Positions 47,815-58,605 are shown, counted from the first letter of the stretch. The stretch: 64,000 bases of DNA from an uncultured virus (IMG/VR IMGVR_UViG_3300017593_000761) (IMGVR_UViG_3300017593_000761), one strand, 5' to 3'. Translations and numbers: made by a program. Notes: a model not told the origin generated them from the sequence alone.

Positions 47815-50348
47815 TGGCTTGGTGGAGCCCTTCTTGGCTTTATAAATGTCCGATAACTCTTACGAATAACAGTGGGAATGCGTTATCGGACTTCCAAGTG
47901 CTCATAGAGCTCACGCCATCCAATTTTCATTATGAACACTGTAAAGAAGACGGTGGAGATATTCGCTTTGTTAATGCCACAGAGGATACTGAGCTTCCCT
48001 ATTGGATTGAAGAGTGGAATTATAACGGCACTTCCAAAATATGGGTAAAAGCAGATAGTATACCTGAAGGCTCGAATGTATGTCTTTATCTTTACTATGG
48101 AAATCCTTCCGCTTCAAGCGAAAGCAACAGAACAGCGGTCTTTGACTTCTTTGATGATTTTGGAGATAATGATATATCCGACTGGTCCACAAACATGTGG
48201 GGTTCTTCTAATAATGGGGACATTATAACAGACAACTACCAAATGAGGCTGAGAGTATACAGATGCTACAATGTTGAGGCATATCATGATATTGGAACTT
48301 ACACTGCAACAACTCTCTCTTTTAGATTTGATTGGAAAACGAAAGCCGATAATTGGATGGAGAGTGTTGGATGGAGAGTGTTAGAAGATGGAGAAGAAGT
48401 TAGTAAAACGGTAATTGATGGAAGTAATCCTTCTGTGGGTAGAGGTACAACCAGAACAGGAAGTGTTGAAGCAATTGCTGATATAACTAATGGGGTAGTA
48501 ACATTACTTTTTCAGATTCATCAATCAGGAGCTTGTTCCAATTCCGACCACGGGAATACTTATTTTTGGGTTGATAACATTCTCGTTCGTAAATACGCTG
48601 ACCCAGAACCCACATTTGAATTAGGTTCGGAAGTGCGGGCTGAAACTCCCTCTTACACTTTTAACATTACTCCTCTTTTTGAAGCAGACTTAAAACATAA
48701 CAATACATATATTACGGGAGCTACTCTTGAAAATACGATTCAGGCAGAAGCATGTATTGGAGCTTCTCACCAAGAGGAATTAAATGTTTCTCCATTAATT
48801 ACTGACACTTCCTTTGGAATAGGAGGAGAACTTCTTTTAGCCTCAGAGGTGCTTACTTCTTTTAGCATACATTCCTCGTTTCTCGTTATTGATATTTCCC
48901 CAAGCATCGAGAGCATGTTAGGAGTGCATTTCATCGAGGAACTCTCTCAAACGTCAGAATTGATTGCTTCACCTCTCCTTACTGCGATAATAGGTGGAGT
49001 GGCTGCTGGTAATCTATTAAGCTATCGAGTTACACAGGAATGGGGAACCTATGATACAGCAGAAGTGCGTTTCAAAGGAATACCCAATTTTAGAGCGGGA
49101 GATTACGTCCAGATAGTCCAAGAGGATTATTATACAAAAAATAGTGTAAATATCTTCAAGGGCGTAGTAGTCTCTATGGATAAAACACACAAAAAGAACT
49201 TTGAAGAGACTATTGCAAAGGCAGCTTCTTTCGAGTGGTATCTCACTAAGCAATATTGTTTCTGGGACGAATACACGGAGCATGCGAGTCTCTCTTCCGA
49301 TATCAATGCTAAGCGATACATTAAATATTGGTTGGGTGGAGGTTCGTTAGAGGTTGGAACAGAAGGAGTGCATTGGGACTTAATTACGGGTGTAAGACCT
49401 TTCATAATAGAAGAAGTTCCGAATTGGGCTGAAAAATATTGTAGGCATAGTGATTGTAGTTTCAACTTCTTCATACCCGGGGGCACAACAAAGTGGGATG
49501 CCATTATGCAGATATGTGATGCTTGTGATTTTGTATTTTACTGCACTTATTCAGGACCGTTTGCTAAACGTCATGCTTATTTCCGTCCGCGTGAGAGGAT
49601 TGAAGAAGGATATTATCCGTTTGGCGAACAATTAACGATAGATGCAACCGATGAAAGCTTAGGTTTTAACAAGAGGCTACTTGAGATACGTTCAAGAGAA
49701 AGTCAATCCACACCTGATACAAAAGTCAATAGGGTAGCCTTAACTTGTAGAGACTTTCCAATTGTTTATAAAGAACATCCATTTGTTGGTAAAGCAGGTG
49801 GCTATAAACCAGTTGAGGTGCATCGTGGCATTGATTGGGCAAACATAGATTCTGTGGACCAACTCCAAGAGGTTTGTGATAATCTTTATGAATGGCTACG
49901 AAAGCCGAATACGGTTTATGAAGCTAAATTATTATCGTTGGTGGAGCTTGCTGATGGAACTCCTCTCCATACTGGATTCAAGATAAAAGTTGAGAATGTG
50001 GAAGGGCATCCTGAGGACGTGTATCGTATCACAAAAATTACTCACGAGAAGAAGGGAGAAGACCCTATTGCCATTACCACTCTTGAATACAGAGATGTGG
50101 ACCTCATTCACTTCGGTAGTCCAAAACTAAATGAAATAGAAATAATTGCAGATGTTATTGAGAGTAGAGTAGAAAAGGGTCCGAGGATACCCGGACATCC
50201 ATGTCCTAAAGACCCTCGTTCAGTTGTAATAGGGGACTTCGCACGTGTAGAACATGGAACAATAGTCGCCATTAATGAAAGTGAGAACACGGTTGATATA
50301 CAGATAAACAGAACTGGTCAAATAGTAAGAGGTGTACCAATAACATGA
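47814..50348 (+). CDS. DUF2341 adhesin domain fused to tail hub-like region
   Basis: DGGDIRF..LPYWIE..IWVK..YYGNP..FFDDF; then IFKGVV, KWDAIMQIC, YRITKITH. Confidence 0.7.
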   Translation: MAWWSPSWLYKCPITLTNNSGNALSDFQVLIELTPSNFHYEHCKEDGGDIRFVNATEDTELPYWIEEWNYNGTSKIWVKADSIPEGSNVCLYLYYGNPSASSESNRTAVFDFFDDFGDNDISDWSTNMWGSSNNGDIITDNYQMRLRVYRCYNVEAYHDIGTYTATTLSFRFDWKTKADNWMESVGWRVLEDGEEVSKTVIDGSNPSVGRGTTRTGSVEAIADITNGVVTLLFQIHQSGACSNSDHGNTYFWVDNILVRKYADPEPTFELGSEVRAETPSYTFNITPLFEADLKHNNTYITGATLENTIQAEACIGASHQEELNVSPLITDTSFGIGGELLLASEVLTSFSIHSSFLVIDISPSIESMLGVHFIEELSQTSELIASPLLTAIIGGVAAGNLLSYRVTQEWGTYDTAEVRFKGIPNFRAGDYVQIVQEDYYTKNSVNIFKGVVVSMDKTHKKNFEETIAKAASFEWYLTKQYCFWDEYTEHASLSSDINAKRYIKYWLGGGSLEVGTEGVHWDLITGVRPFIIEEVPNWAEKYCRHSDCSFNFFIPGGTTKWDAIMQICDACDFVFYCTYSGPFAKRHAYFRPRERIEEGYYPFGEQLTIDATDESLGFNKRLLEIRSRESQSTPDTKVNRVALTCRDFPIVYKEHPFVGKAGGYKPVEVHRGIDWANIDSVDQLQEVCDNLYEWLRKPNTVYEAKLLSLVELADGTPLHTGFKIKVENVEGHPEDVYRITKITHEKKGEDPIAITTLEYRDVDLIHFGSPKLNEIEIIADVIESRVEKGPRIPGHPCPKDPRSVVIGDFARVEHGTIVAINESENTVDIQINRTGQIVRGVPIT

Positions 50349-51493
50349 GCATGATAGAGGTTGGGAAACCAGCAGTATTGTTTACTACGAGAGACAAGAA
50401 GTTCATTTCTGGTTTGAGCACGTCAGAAGTTCAAAACATCTATAATTATACCATTCAAGGAGTAGCTGGTGAAGGCGTATTCCCGTGGATATGTACTCTT
50501 TGGGATAGCAATTATCTCGTGGTAGGAATAGGTCGTATGTTCAGACTCATAAAGTATGGTTGGACTTCAAAGAGAAATATCTGGTTAGATGATAATGGCA
50601 ATATGTGGTTTTTATCAGGAGAAAAAGACTTAATCACAATCGCCAAAGAGAACTGGAAAGAATACGAGAATTCACTCTGTTATGTAGCAAGTGGCGTAAC
50701 TGATGATACCGGAGGCAGAATGCATTTAGGCAACGATATGTTATTCATAGTTGGGAATAAGAAAATTAGAGGTTGGAGCTGGGACAGAGAAACAGGTGCT
50801 ACGGAACCAGAATGGGATTGGACTACTCTTAGTGGTACGCCTTATGACTTCCAGTGGCGAGAGAAATATGATGAATTAGTATGCGGTAATTACGAAGGGA
50901 ATATAGTGACGTTGGTGGATGGTAGCACTGGAGAAATAAAAGCGACACGAGACATTGGTCATGCGAGTCAGCAAGTTGCGATAGATAAATACGGACGATA
51001 CTGGTTCCAAGAATATCACGGAAAGAAAATCACGGTATGTGAACCAGAGGACTTAACTCTTGTTGATATAACTATAAATGGAGAGACTTATAATGGGACA
51101 TTCTCGGTGCCATTCATTTCTGAAGCAAGGGGTATAGGCGAGAATAGTGAATTTGATATCATAATGACAGATTATAATGGGAACTATCCAGCATTCTTTT
51201 CTGCGAAAGACGATTATAGTAATATTATGCGGGTATCGTTAGGGAGTAAGACGTATAAAGCAGCACCTCTGGGCGATAAGAATTTCTGGTTCTTAACTTA
51301 CATTGATGGCTATAAATGCTTTGTAATGAACCCAATCAATCAGGCTTTAACCGAGATTGCTCTTTACTCTTACAGACCTTATGGACAGGGAGACCCCGGG
51401 CTTGGACGTTATAAAACTTGGGGAAGAAGCTGGAAACCTGACGTCTCAGCAATATATGACTATTTGTATACACCACTTACTGAGGAAAGTTAA
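50345..51493 (+). CDS. Putative tail-tip beta-propeller protein
   Basis: Last structural gene; aromatic/Gly/Asp-rich. Confidence 0.55.
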   Translation: MSMIEVGKPAVLFTTRDKKFISGLSTSEVQNIYNYTIQGVAGEGVFPWICTLWDSNYLVVGIGRMFRLIKYGWTSKRNIWLDDNGNMWFLSGEKDLITIAKENWKEYENSLCYVASGVTDDTGGRMHLGNDMLFIVGNKKIRGWSWDRETGATEPEWDWTTLSGTPYDFQWREKYDELVCGNYEGNIVTLVDGSTGEIKATRDIGHASQQVAIDKYGRYWFQEYHGKKITVCEPEDLTLVDITINGETYNGTFSVPFISEARGIGENSEFDIIMTDYNGNYPAFFSAKDDYSNIMRVSLGSKTYKAAPLGDKNFWFLTYIDGYKCFVMNPINQALTEIALYSYRPYGQGDPGLGRYKTWGRSWKPDVSAIYDYLYTPLTEES

Positions 51494-51583
51494 TCAGTTG
51501 AGTTGGATTCCTCTTTATGTGTTTCTTATCCCACCTTTTACGCGCTCTTATCTTGTGCTTCCTATCCCCCTTTCTATTTGCTC
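51494..51583. terminator. Convergence point of late (+) and replication (-) units with pyrimidine/T-rich tracts
   Basis: Strand switch; T/C-rich plus strand. Confidence 0.35.
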
Positions 51584-51943
51584 TCATCGTATTGATGGAT
51601 CAACTTCTTCCTTCTTTTCTTCTTTTGATTTCTTAGCTTGTTTTTGATACTCGTTCTTTATTTCATTCCAAAGGAGTTTCCCACCAATGATTGTCTTCTG
51701 GTGTTGAATGAGCTCCATGAAGAACTTATCGAGATACATCTTGAGTTTATTTACTATCTCGATGAACTCAGGTGCAGGAATCCACCCGTAGTCTGATTGG
51801 GATTCCTGTTTGATTTCCTCATATACTGAGTATATGCCCTTTAGATGCTCAACGACTGACTCAATGTAGTCTATATGATTCTTTAGCCACATCAAATATA
51901 CGTCGTCTGCATAACTCATTACCTCTTCTTTTGCTCTTGGCAT
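51584..51943 (-). CDS. Hypothetical protein
   Basis: AGGAG RBS. Confidence 0.65.
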   Translation of the reverse strand: MPRAKEEVMSYADDVYLMWLKNHIDYIESVVEHLKGIYSVYEEIKQESQSDYGWIPAPEFIEIVNKLKMYLDKFFMELIQHQKTIIGGKLLWNEIKNEYQKQAKKSKEEKKEEVDPSIR

Positions 51944-51952
51944 TTTATTCTC

Positions 51953-52084
51953 CTAACATTTACCTTTACGACCGCCTGTCTTTCGACCTGCGCCTCGTCT
52001 ATTAGAAGTTTGTCCTCTCCCTTCTTTCTTACGACCTCGTCCATCACGAGGACCTATTCCTATCGGTCCATCCTCATGTGGCAT
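51953..52084 (-). CDS. 43-aa Arg/Gly-rich basic microprotein
   Basis: Not in ORF track; MPHEDGPIGIGPRDGRGRKKEGRGQTSNRRGAGRKTGGRKGKC; GGAGGT RBS. Confidence 0.65.
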   Translation of the reverse strand: MPHEDGPIGIGPRDGRGRKKEGRGQTSNRRGAGRKTGGRKGKC

Positions 52085-52090
52085 ATTCTT

Positions 52091-52660
52091 CTACCTCCTA
52101 ACCAAATTATGAATATCCCAGTCATCCCACATTTTGGGTATCATATCTTCAGGCTTCCATTTACCCTGACCGTATTTCCCTTTATATTCCTTAAGGACAT
52201 ATCCAGTCTTGAAGAATGATATCTGTGCAATTCGCATACCGACGTGGAGGACAATAGTGATAGGCAGATGATTAGTGATTTCCATAGTCCATTTGTTAAT
52301 GAAGCCGACGTCTCCAAACCCTGCGCATTTACAAACTGAGATGCCCATCCTACCAAGTGAGCTTCTCGCATTCATCTTGCTTGCGATATTATTTCTACCA
52401 CCTATGACCTCCTGAGTGTGTGCAAGAATAGTCTCACCGGGATTAATCCAGATGACATTATCTGCTCGTCTGATATCCCAGTAGGAGGTAACGTCTTCCT
52501 TATTAAACGGATCGAGAAGCTGAGTCTGGGAAGTTCCTCTTGCGTAGTATTCCCCAAGTCTCACATCGTAGCTATTAGAATTGAGTTGTTCACGTCTGAA
52601 TGGTTCTATAACTATATTTCCTCTCTTTATCTCCTCAAGAATTTCAGAGTCGGATAGCAT
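52091..52660 (-). CDS. dcd: dCTP deaminase
   Basis: LSD.EI, SYDVRLG, ARSSLGRMG, AGFGDVGF, TMEI, RIAQISF. Confidence 0.9.
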   Translation of the reverse strand: MLSDSEILEEIKRGNIVIEPFRREQLNSNSYDVRLGEYYARGTSQTQLLDPFNKEDVTSYWDIRRADNVIWINPGETILAHTQEVIGGRNNIASKMNARSSLGRMGISVCKCAGFGDVGFINKWTMEITNHLPITIVLHVGMRIAQISFFKTGYVLKEYKGKYGQGKWKPEDMIPKMWDDWDIHNLVRR

Positions 52661-52671
52661 GAAACCCTCCT

Positions 52672-53022
52672 TTAGTTATCTAATGCCATTAGAAGTGTAA
52701 GAGAGGATGCAATGCTTATGATTATTCCGAATACGAGATAAACCCAAAAGATAGTGCTCGTCAGCCAAGTCGTAGAGATGCACGTTAAGGCTAAAACCTT
52801 TGTAGTAGCAAACTTCATTAAGATAGCCTGAACTAACCAACCAACGAATGGAATCAAGCTCAAGAACAGTGTGAAGTCGCAAATGATACACAGCAACAGG
52901 ATAGCCAGTGCACCTTTGATACCTCCATATACAAAGTAGCCCAACAGGGGGAATAGTGCCTTGAAGAGCAGAGTATAATAGTGCGAGTTAACTGAGACGT
53001 TTATATCCTTCTCCTCGTTCAT
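52672..53022 (-). CDS. Membrane protein
   Basis: Several hydrophobic helices, LIPFVGW. Confidence 0.7.
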   Translation of the reverse strand: MNEEKDINVSVNSHYYTLLFKALFPLLGYFVYGGIKGALAILLLCIICDFTLFLSLIPFVGWLVQAILMKFATTKVLALTCISTTWLTSTIFWVYLVFGIIISIASSLTLLMALDN

Positions 53023-53237
53023 TCTTCTTTTCCTTTAGTTATATTATTTATACGTATTATATTATCACTAATCTCTTTCATATAATCCGTTAATTTATAT
53101 ATTTCTACTTCCAATCGTCCTCTTTCCTCCTTTAAGAGCTCGTAAATGAAACTCTAAATATTTAATTGCTTCCTTAGGAGGTAGTCTGTTAGCCTTCAGT
53201 ATCATGTCTTGGACGTTTAACATCTTAAGGACCTCCT

Positions 53238-54083
53238 TTAGTTCAACTCCGAAAGCTTCTCTAAATAGTAAGAGTAAAGCTTCTTGGGAACAGAGTAGTA
53301 TCTTGCTTTACATTCCGCTGAGATATATTGAGCGATAAGAGGCATAGCCACTCTCTTGTCTTTGAATTGTTCTGGTCCTAATTCTTCTAAGACCTTCTGA
53401 ATTTCATTCATAATCTCAGCCTTTGGAAGCTCAGGGTATTGGGGACTTTCTCTTTCAATTTCAACTTCAACGTCCCTCAAATTAGGAACGTCTAATCTTG
53501 CTTTGAAGAAGACACTTCTCCCTCCTCCGTAAGTCTTGAAAACCACTCCTTCTCTCTTTTCTTTCTTTGCTCGATTTAACATCTTCTCTACTTGTCTCTT
53601 AAGCTGTTCGATAGCGGAATGCGATGTCACAGCCCAGAGTTTTACGATAGGAAGATTCCACTGATAGCAAAATTGATAGACTCTACTGTAATTCCACCAC
53701 CCGCTATTGGTATCATAGATATCAAAGATAACTAATTCGTCTCTTTCATGTTTTTCTGTGCGTGTGGGGCTAATACCTTTCTGGAGTAACTCGAAAAAGA
53801 TAATGATATTGTGATTCCATTGATATTTTTCAACGTAGAGAGCGTTTGCGAGGGGTTTCATATAGCCACTGTTGATAATGGATGCAAGAATATCCTGACT
53901 TGGAGGAATTAGATTTCTACTACCGAATTGAATGTTGTTTTTATCATCCAGAAAACATCGACAATTGCTTCCGTCTCTTTTTTCCTCCCAGTATATCAGT
54001 TTACCCAATAGCTCACGTCCCTCATAAGGAGACTCATGCAAATACTTCAATTTAGGATACTTGATTACGTCTTCCTCCTTCAT
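53238..54083 (-). CDS. ATP-dependent RNA ligase-like nucleotidyltransferase
   Basis: EKRDGSN, GSRN, FFEL, IFDI, REGVVFK, FK. Confidence 0.8.
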   Translation of the reverse strand: MKEEDVIKYPKLKYLHESPYEGRELLGKLIYWEEKRDGSNCRCFLDDKNNIQFGSRNLIPPSQDILASIINSGYMKPLANALYVEKYQWNHNIIIFFELLQKGISPTRTEKHERDELVIFDIYDTNSGWWNYSRVYQFCYQWNLPIVKLWAVTSHSAIEQLKRQVEKMLNRAKKEKREGVVFKTYGGGRSVFFKARLDVPNLRDVEVEIERESPQYPELPKAEIMNEIQKVLEELGPEQFKDKRVAMPLIAQYISAECKARYYSVPKKLYSYYLEKLSELN

Positions 54084-54183
54084 ATTTGAAGCTGATGCAA
54101 ATTTTATGTCTCAAGAATAGAATTATATTAGGTTGAGGATAAAATTTCCATAGAACAAGAATGTGTGCAAATGGTGCAAGATT
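54063..54183. repeat. Dispersed dyad element copy 5 (core 54077-54169, 93 bp)
   Basis: CATATTTG..CAAATTTTAT..GATAAAATTT..TGTGTGCAAATGGTGCAAGAT; the left arm contains the RNA ligase start codon. Confidence 0.85.
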
Positions 54184-54473
54184 CACGTATAGTCCTTGAC
54201 CTATATTCACAAAGTCTGCTTGAGTAATATAGCAAGGAAGACCATTGCGAAGACGAGCAGAAGTGAATAGCCCATAAGCAACAGGAAGCCTATAAGAGAG
54301 TCTTCCCAACGCTCAAACCATCTTCCTAATTCTCAAACATCTTTCATCACCTCATAATTGATGCAACCAAAAGAAGTATTGCGAGAGATAGCAGATAAGC
54401 AGTCATTCCCAAAAGAAGGAAGGTAAGCACGGGATGTTTATCCTCCAAACGCTCAATCCATGCTTCAAATCGT

Positions 54474-54764
54474 TTAATCATTTTCTTCCTCCTTCAGTTG
54501 ATTAACATGCTTCCCTATTTCATACAGAGCCTCCTCACGGGATAATCCAAAGCACTCACAGATGCCCTTGATGAAACCCTCCAGTTGTCTATCGAAATGC
54601 TCGCTTTCTTTGTTTGACAGTCCTTTCTCTCGCCAAACAATGATTTCACCACAGAAGGGACATTTCAGTTCTAAGAAACTCGGGTGCTTAAGAGTTACAC
54701 CATTCTCCTTCTCTTTAATTATCACACCAAAGACCTTACCACAGGATTTGCACTCAACTATCAT
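54474..54764 (-). CDS. Zn-ribbon protein
   Basis: CKSC..CPFC. Confidence 0.65.
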   Translation of the reverse strand: MIVECKSCGKVFGVIIKEKENGVTLKHPSFLELKCPFCGEIIVWREKGLSNKESEHFDRQLEGFIKGICECFGLSREEALYEIGKHVNQLKEEEND

Positions 54765-55501
54765 TTTATGAGTTCCTCACCTTCTCGGGTTCTAACATAG
54801 ACTGGGAAGTTTGATACTTCCTTTACATGCTCTCCTATTTCTTTGATTTCGTCTTGAGAGAACTCGTCTGTTTCCTCAATGACCTTTCGTCCGTATTGTG
54901 GGACATTATCATAAATTCCTTGTTGAATCACGTATTCACCCTTGAATTGTTTGAGTTCTCTCGCAATTTGAATGACTTCCTCTTCACCCACCAGTCTCTT
55001 AAAGACTGTGGTTTGAATTTGAAGAGGAAAGTTTGAATTAATGCAATAAGAGAGTGTCTTCCGCACAAATTTCTCTACCCCATTTACTTGAGTTACCTTC
55101 TTCCATAGTCTCGGATTGCTTATTGGAGCCTTAATATCCAAGAAGATTTTATCCACGACCCCAGCCTCTATCAATTCTTTGATGCTTGAAGAGAAATAGC
55201 CATTGGTTTGAATGCCTACGAGTCTATTTTCTTTGTGTATCCACTCTCCTATTCGTTTAATAGCTTCTACATTAAGAGTGGGTTCTCCACCCGAAAAGAC
55301 TAAGGCATCAATGAAATCCAATTCCTTTGTTATCTTCTCAATGACTTTATGAATAGGAACATAATTGGGTTCTGCACACAACTTAAAGTTCTGACAATAA
55401 AGACAACGAAGAGGACAACCCCTTGTGAATAACACAAGAGAATTCAGTCCCCTCCAGTCAATAGTCGAAAGGACTATCCCACCATAGTTTATTTCATTCA
55501 T
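54761..55501 (-). CDS. nrdG: Anaerobic ribonucleotide reductase activating radical SAM protein
   Basis: STIDW.G, GCPLRCLYCQN, SGGEPT, TNG, LDIKAP; adjacent to NrdD. Confidence 0.88.
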   Translation of the reverse strand: MNEINYGGIVLSTIDWRGLNSLVLFTRGCPLRCLYCQNFKLCAEPNYVPIHKVIEKITKELDFIDALVFSGGEPTLNVEAIKRIGEWIHKENRLVGIQTNGYFSSSIKELIEAGVVDKIFLDIKAPISNPRLWKKVTQVNGVEKFVRKTLSYCINSNFPLQIQTTVFKRLVGEEEVIQIARELKQFKGEYVIQQGIYDNVPQYGRKVIEETDEFSQDEIKEIGEHVKEVSNFPVYVRTREGEELIK

Positions 55502-57194
55502 CGTATCTGTCCACCTTTCTATATGGCAAATCTCGTGTCCTCCTTTCGTGAGTGTTGGACTGTTCCACGAAATAACCCACTATCCTCCTGAACTTAAAGA
55601 GATTCCTGTCTCCACAGATGGGACAAGCCTGAACATCTCCTAAAGTCACGTGGTTATGCGATTGACATCGGGAGATATACGTGTCAAATGCAAAATAAGG
55701 GACTTCCTTCTTCACCAACCCTCTTATTATCCTCTCCATCTGGTGGACTTCTTTGAATGGACTGGGAATACCCACGAACATCATCTGACCACCCTCAAAG
55801 AACTTAGAGAACCTTCCCGTTATCTCTGCCTTCTCTCCCAAACTCATCTCTATCCACGGCGATACGATTTGATTGGAATACATTTTTCCTGCTTCATAAT
55901 ATCTACAAAATTCGGGATTTCCCGAGTTATCCGCATATTCTTTATCAGTATCGTAGAGCGAGATAGCAGCTGACTCCGCCGGGACTAATTCACAATTATA
56001 GAAGCCTTCCCAGCTATCAATAGTTGAGCGTATCACCTGAAGAATCTCCTCTAATTCATCCCAAGTGAGAGCTGCCAGTTCTTTAAAGTCCCACAGTCCA
56101 ATGATTCCTATTGTTGAATACATTCGTCGTAGTGACCTCAAACCCAGCTGGAAAGTCACATCCAGATGCTGATAATCGTTAAGAAGCTTTCGATGCCAAT
56201 CAAGGAATTCCCTGATGAGTTGCAAATTCTCTTTAATTTTCTCTCGGAATGTATCGGGATGCCTTATGAATATGCCTGGGAGGTTAAGGGACACAACTTG
56301 ATGACTTCCTATCTGAACACCACCACTACCGTAAGAATTGAAGAACGGTCTTCTACTTGATACCAGTCTGCAACATGAGGCTATGGCATCGAGATATGGT
56401 AATACAAGGAAGTTATACATCGTGTGTTTGATGTTCTGTTCCAATGCGAACTTCAGGAATGTCTCATCTTGGATTTGACCGTTTCGTTTCTTCAGTCCCA
56501 CAGTTATAACTGGGAATCTTAACATCTGATGTTCTATCTCATTGGTGTGCCATCTCATTACTGCTTTCTGCACAGCTGACAATTCCTCGATTTCTAACTC
56601 CCATGCGTTCTTATTAAACAGGTGTGCTAAATAAGGCTCGTCAAAGAAGGTGATATTCGTAAAGAGAGATTCCGCTCCCTGTCTCAAATGCTGATTGAAA
56701 GAATAGAATAATCGCTGAAGTTCATTATGGAAACGATACTCGGTGAGCTTCCCATCAGGAGTGGTTTCGATTTTGCTTTTCTTAACGAAATACGTCAGAG
56801 CCAATATAAGGTCTGGTATTCCTATCGCTCCACGTGTCCTGTTAGCCACATAAGACGTGTATTCTATGAGTTGTGAGATGAACGAATCCAATCGCTTTGG
56901 TGGCTTGCTCTTGAAGTGTGGATAATACGGAAGACCTTCCGCAAGAATAGGCTCAACGCTAATAGAATAGCAATACGGAGTGAGGATGCACTTGGAAAGA
57001 TCATGGATATATATCTCGTTTCCGTGTCTCTTGAGTATCTCCTTACCTTTATTGAACCATTCAGTTATCAGATGCTTATTAAAGACCAGCTCTGCACCCG
57101 AAGCTAACTGCTTACGGACATTTGCTATATCAGGACTATAATTAGCATTAACATCAACCACACTTTCACCTTCTAAGAATTTCTCAAAGTCCAT
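55494..57194 (-). CDS. nrdD: Class III ribonucleotide reductase (no ATP cone)
   Basis: IYIHDL, PYC, SCCRL, SLNLP, PAES, CPICG, RRIVGYF. Confidence 0.92.
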   Translation of the reverse strand: MDFEKFLEGESVVDVNANYSPDIANVRKQLASGAELVFNKHLITEWFNKGKEILKRHGNEIYIHDLSKCILTPYCYSISVEPILAEGLPYYPHFKSKPPKRLDSFISQLIEYTSYVANRTRGAIGIPDLILALTYFVKKSKIETTPDGKLTEYRFHNELQRLFYSFNQHLRQGAESLFTNITFFDEPYLAHLFNKNAWELEIEELSAVQKAVMRWHTNEIEHQMLRFPVITVGLKKRNGQIQDETFLKFALEQNIKHTMYNFLVLPYLDAIASCCRLVSSRRPFFNSYGSGGVQIGSHQVVSLNLPGIFIRHPDTFREKIKENLQLIREFLDWHRKLLNDYQHLDVTFQLGLRSLRRMYSTIGIIGLWDFKELAALTWDELEEILQVIRSTIDSWEGFYNCELVPAESAAISLYDTDKEYADNSGNPEFCRYYEAGKMYSNQIVSPWIEMSLGEKAEITGRFSKFFEGGQMMFVGIPSPFKEVHQMERIIRGLVKKEVPYFAFDTYISRCQSHNHVTLGDVQACPICGDRNLFKFRRIVGYFVEQSNTHERRTRDLPYRKVDRYDE

Positions 57195-57223
57195 TTCTGT
57201 CCTCCAATTATATTTTAAATATA

Positions 57224-57802
57224 TTAATCAAGATTGCCCCACTGTTCTGCCATTGCCTTTGCAACCTCTTTATAAGTTCTACTTCTTTCCTTCCATCTGT
57301 CACGTGAAGGTGGAAGTTTCCATATCCGCTGTTTGACATTCTCAGGTCTTTTCTTTATCAATGGTTTCAGAGGTGGGAGGTTTTTTAGCCATAAACAGGT
57401 AGCCTTTGACTCATTGACACCAAACATCCAAGGCTGAATCAGCTGATCATACTTTCTACCTATCATCTCGACAGCGTATCTATGCGGGATAGGATTTTCA
57501 ACACATATTCTTTTAATAGGAGCGTTCAAGAGAGTTCTAAAGAATTCAGCTGCCTCTTTCAACTTCTCCCACCTCTCAGGTCTTTCATGTAACCATCTGA
57601 CTCCACTATTACACAAATATGTGCATGGTGGATGTGCTATCATCAAATCCCAGTTATCGTTTAAGACTTCTCTGACATCACCTTGAATATGATTACCTTT
57701 CCGTTCTGAGGGTAACAAATCACAACTCCAAGCATCATGTCCTCGTGAGGCAAATTCATCCCTCACTATACCGGAGAACTCACAAGCAATAAGAACTCGC
57801 AT
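57224..57802 (-). CDS. Short phage-type DNA cytosine methyltransferase-like protein
   Basis: VLIACEFSG, AHPPCTYL, VENP, QPWMFG, RSRTY..VAKAMAEQW. Confidence 0.8.
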   Translation of the reverse strand: MRVLIACEFSGIVRDEFASRGHDAWSCDLLPSERKGNHIQGDVREVLNDNWDLMIAHPPCTYLCNSGVRWLHERPERWEKLKEAAEFFRTLLNAPIKRICVENPIPHRYAVEMIGRKYDQLIQPWMFGVNESKATCLWLKNLPPLKPLIKKRPENVKQRIWKLPPSRDRWKERSRTYKEVAKAMAEQWGNLD

Positions 57803-57804
57803 CT

Positions 57805-58248
57805 TTAATCCTCCTTCAAGAAATTCTTAACCCAAGCTTCAAGCGTCTCTTTGTTTTCGTTTGTTTTCTTCTGCCCTCGTTCTTTCTTCATTTCCTCTCT
57901 CCATCGTTTATTCAGTAATTCTGTTGCATCTCCCATTATCTGTGTCCAGAACATCCCATAGAATGCTAATCCTAAACACGCAAAGATAGTCATGGGATCA
58001 AGTCCTTTGTAAATCGCAGTGGGAACATTTGAATAATTTGGATACTCACCTCTGCCTCCTAAATGAAGAACCTTTCCGTTATATTCGACGGGAATATCCA
58101 TTGCCTTTGCGAGCTTAATAATTTCATCGTAGTCACCTTTCCACGCCTGTAATGCGAGCTCAACCATACGCTCTCCTACTATTTTCATATTTTGGTCTAT
58201 CACCACACTATGATTTTGCACCATTTGCTTATATTTGCACGAGAACAA
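57805..58248 (-). CDS. Hypothetical protein (start probably 58224)
   Basis: ORF whose 5' end overlaps dyad element 6. Confidence 0.65.
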   Translation of the reverse strand: MFSCKYKQMVQNHSVVIDQNMKIVGERMVELALQAWKGDYDEIIKLAKAMDIPVEYNGKVLHLGGRGEYPNYSNVPTAIYKGLDPMTIFACLGLAFYGMFWTQIMGDATELLNKRWREEMKKERGQKKTNENKETLEAWVKNFLKED

Positions 58249-58332
58249 AATTTTATCGCTGAGCCAATAGTTTTAATCATGTCTCAAGATAAATTGCACC
58301 AGAACTCAAAATTGTGCATCTGGTTCAATAAG
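58212..58332. repeat. Dispersed dyad element copy 6 (core 58226-58318, 93 bp)
   Basis: GATTTTGCACCATT-TGCTTATATTTG..AAAATTTTAT..CTCAAAATTGTGCATCTGGT. Confidence 0.85.
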
Positions 58333-58605
58333 CATGTGCTTCCTTCGCTTAAGGTTCTTACTCGCTATTTCATTAAGAGCAAGAGCGGAATAACCCATGA
58401 TATCCAGAAGAGTATCTTGAACATAGGGTAAGGCGCTATCCTTCTCTTTCATTGCTAAATTCTTGAGCCTACTGAGTTTAATGGTAAGAATGACATTCAC
58501 TGCGGTCAAACCGTATTCCTCCCACACTCTATGAAACGCATCTCCGTATAATTTATTCTTCCTCTCCAATAAATCATTCACCAACTCAATTACAGCCATC
58601 TTCAC
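58306..58605 (-). CDS. DUF1599 / nucleotide-modification-associated domain protein
   Basis: RKNKLYGDAF..K..RL..DTLLDIMGYSAL. Confidence 0.72.
   Translation of the reverse strand: MKMAVIELVNDLLERKNKLYGDAFHRVWEEYGLTAVNVILTIKLSRLKNLAMKEKDSALPYVQDTLLDIMGYSALALNEIASKNLKRRKHMLIEPDAQF

Noticed and set aside
28369..50348. Diversity-generating retroelement acting on the adhesins
   Set aside because: No reverse transcriptase and no near-identical TR/VR pair differing at adenines was seen.
57614..57625. Perfect CAAATATGTGCA arm as an eighth dyad element
   Set aside because: It encodes the conserved CTYL of the methyltransferase, and there is no partner arm or internal motif at the 93-bp offsets.
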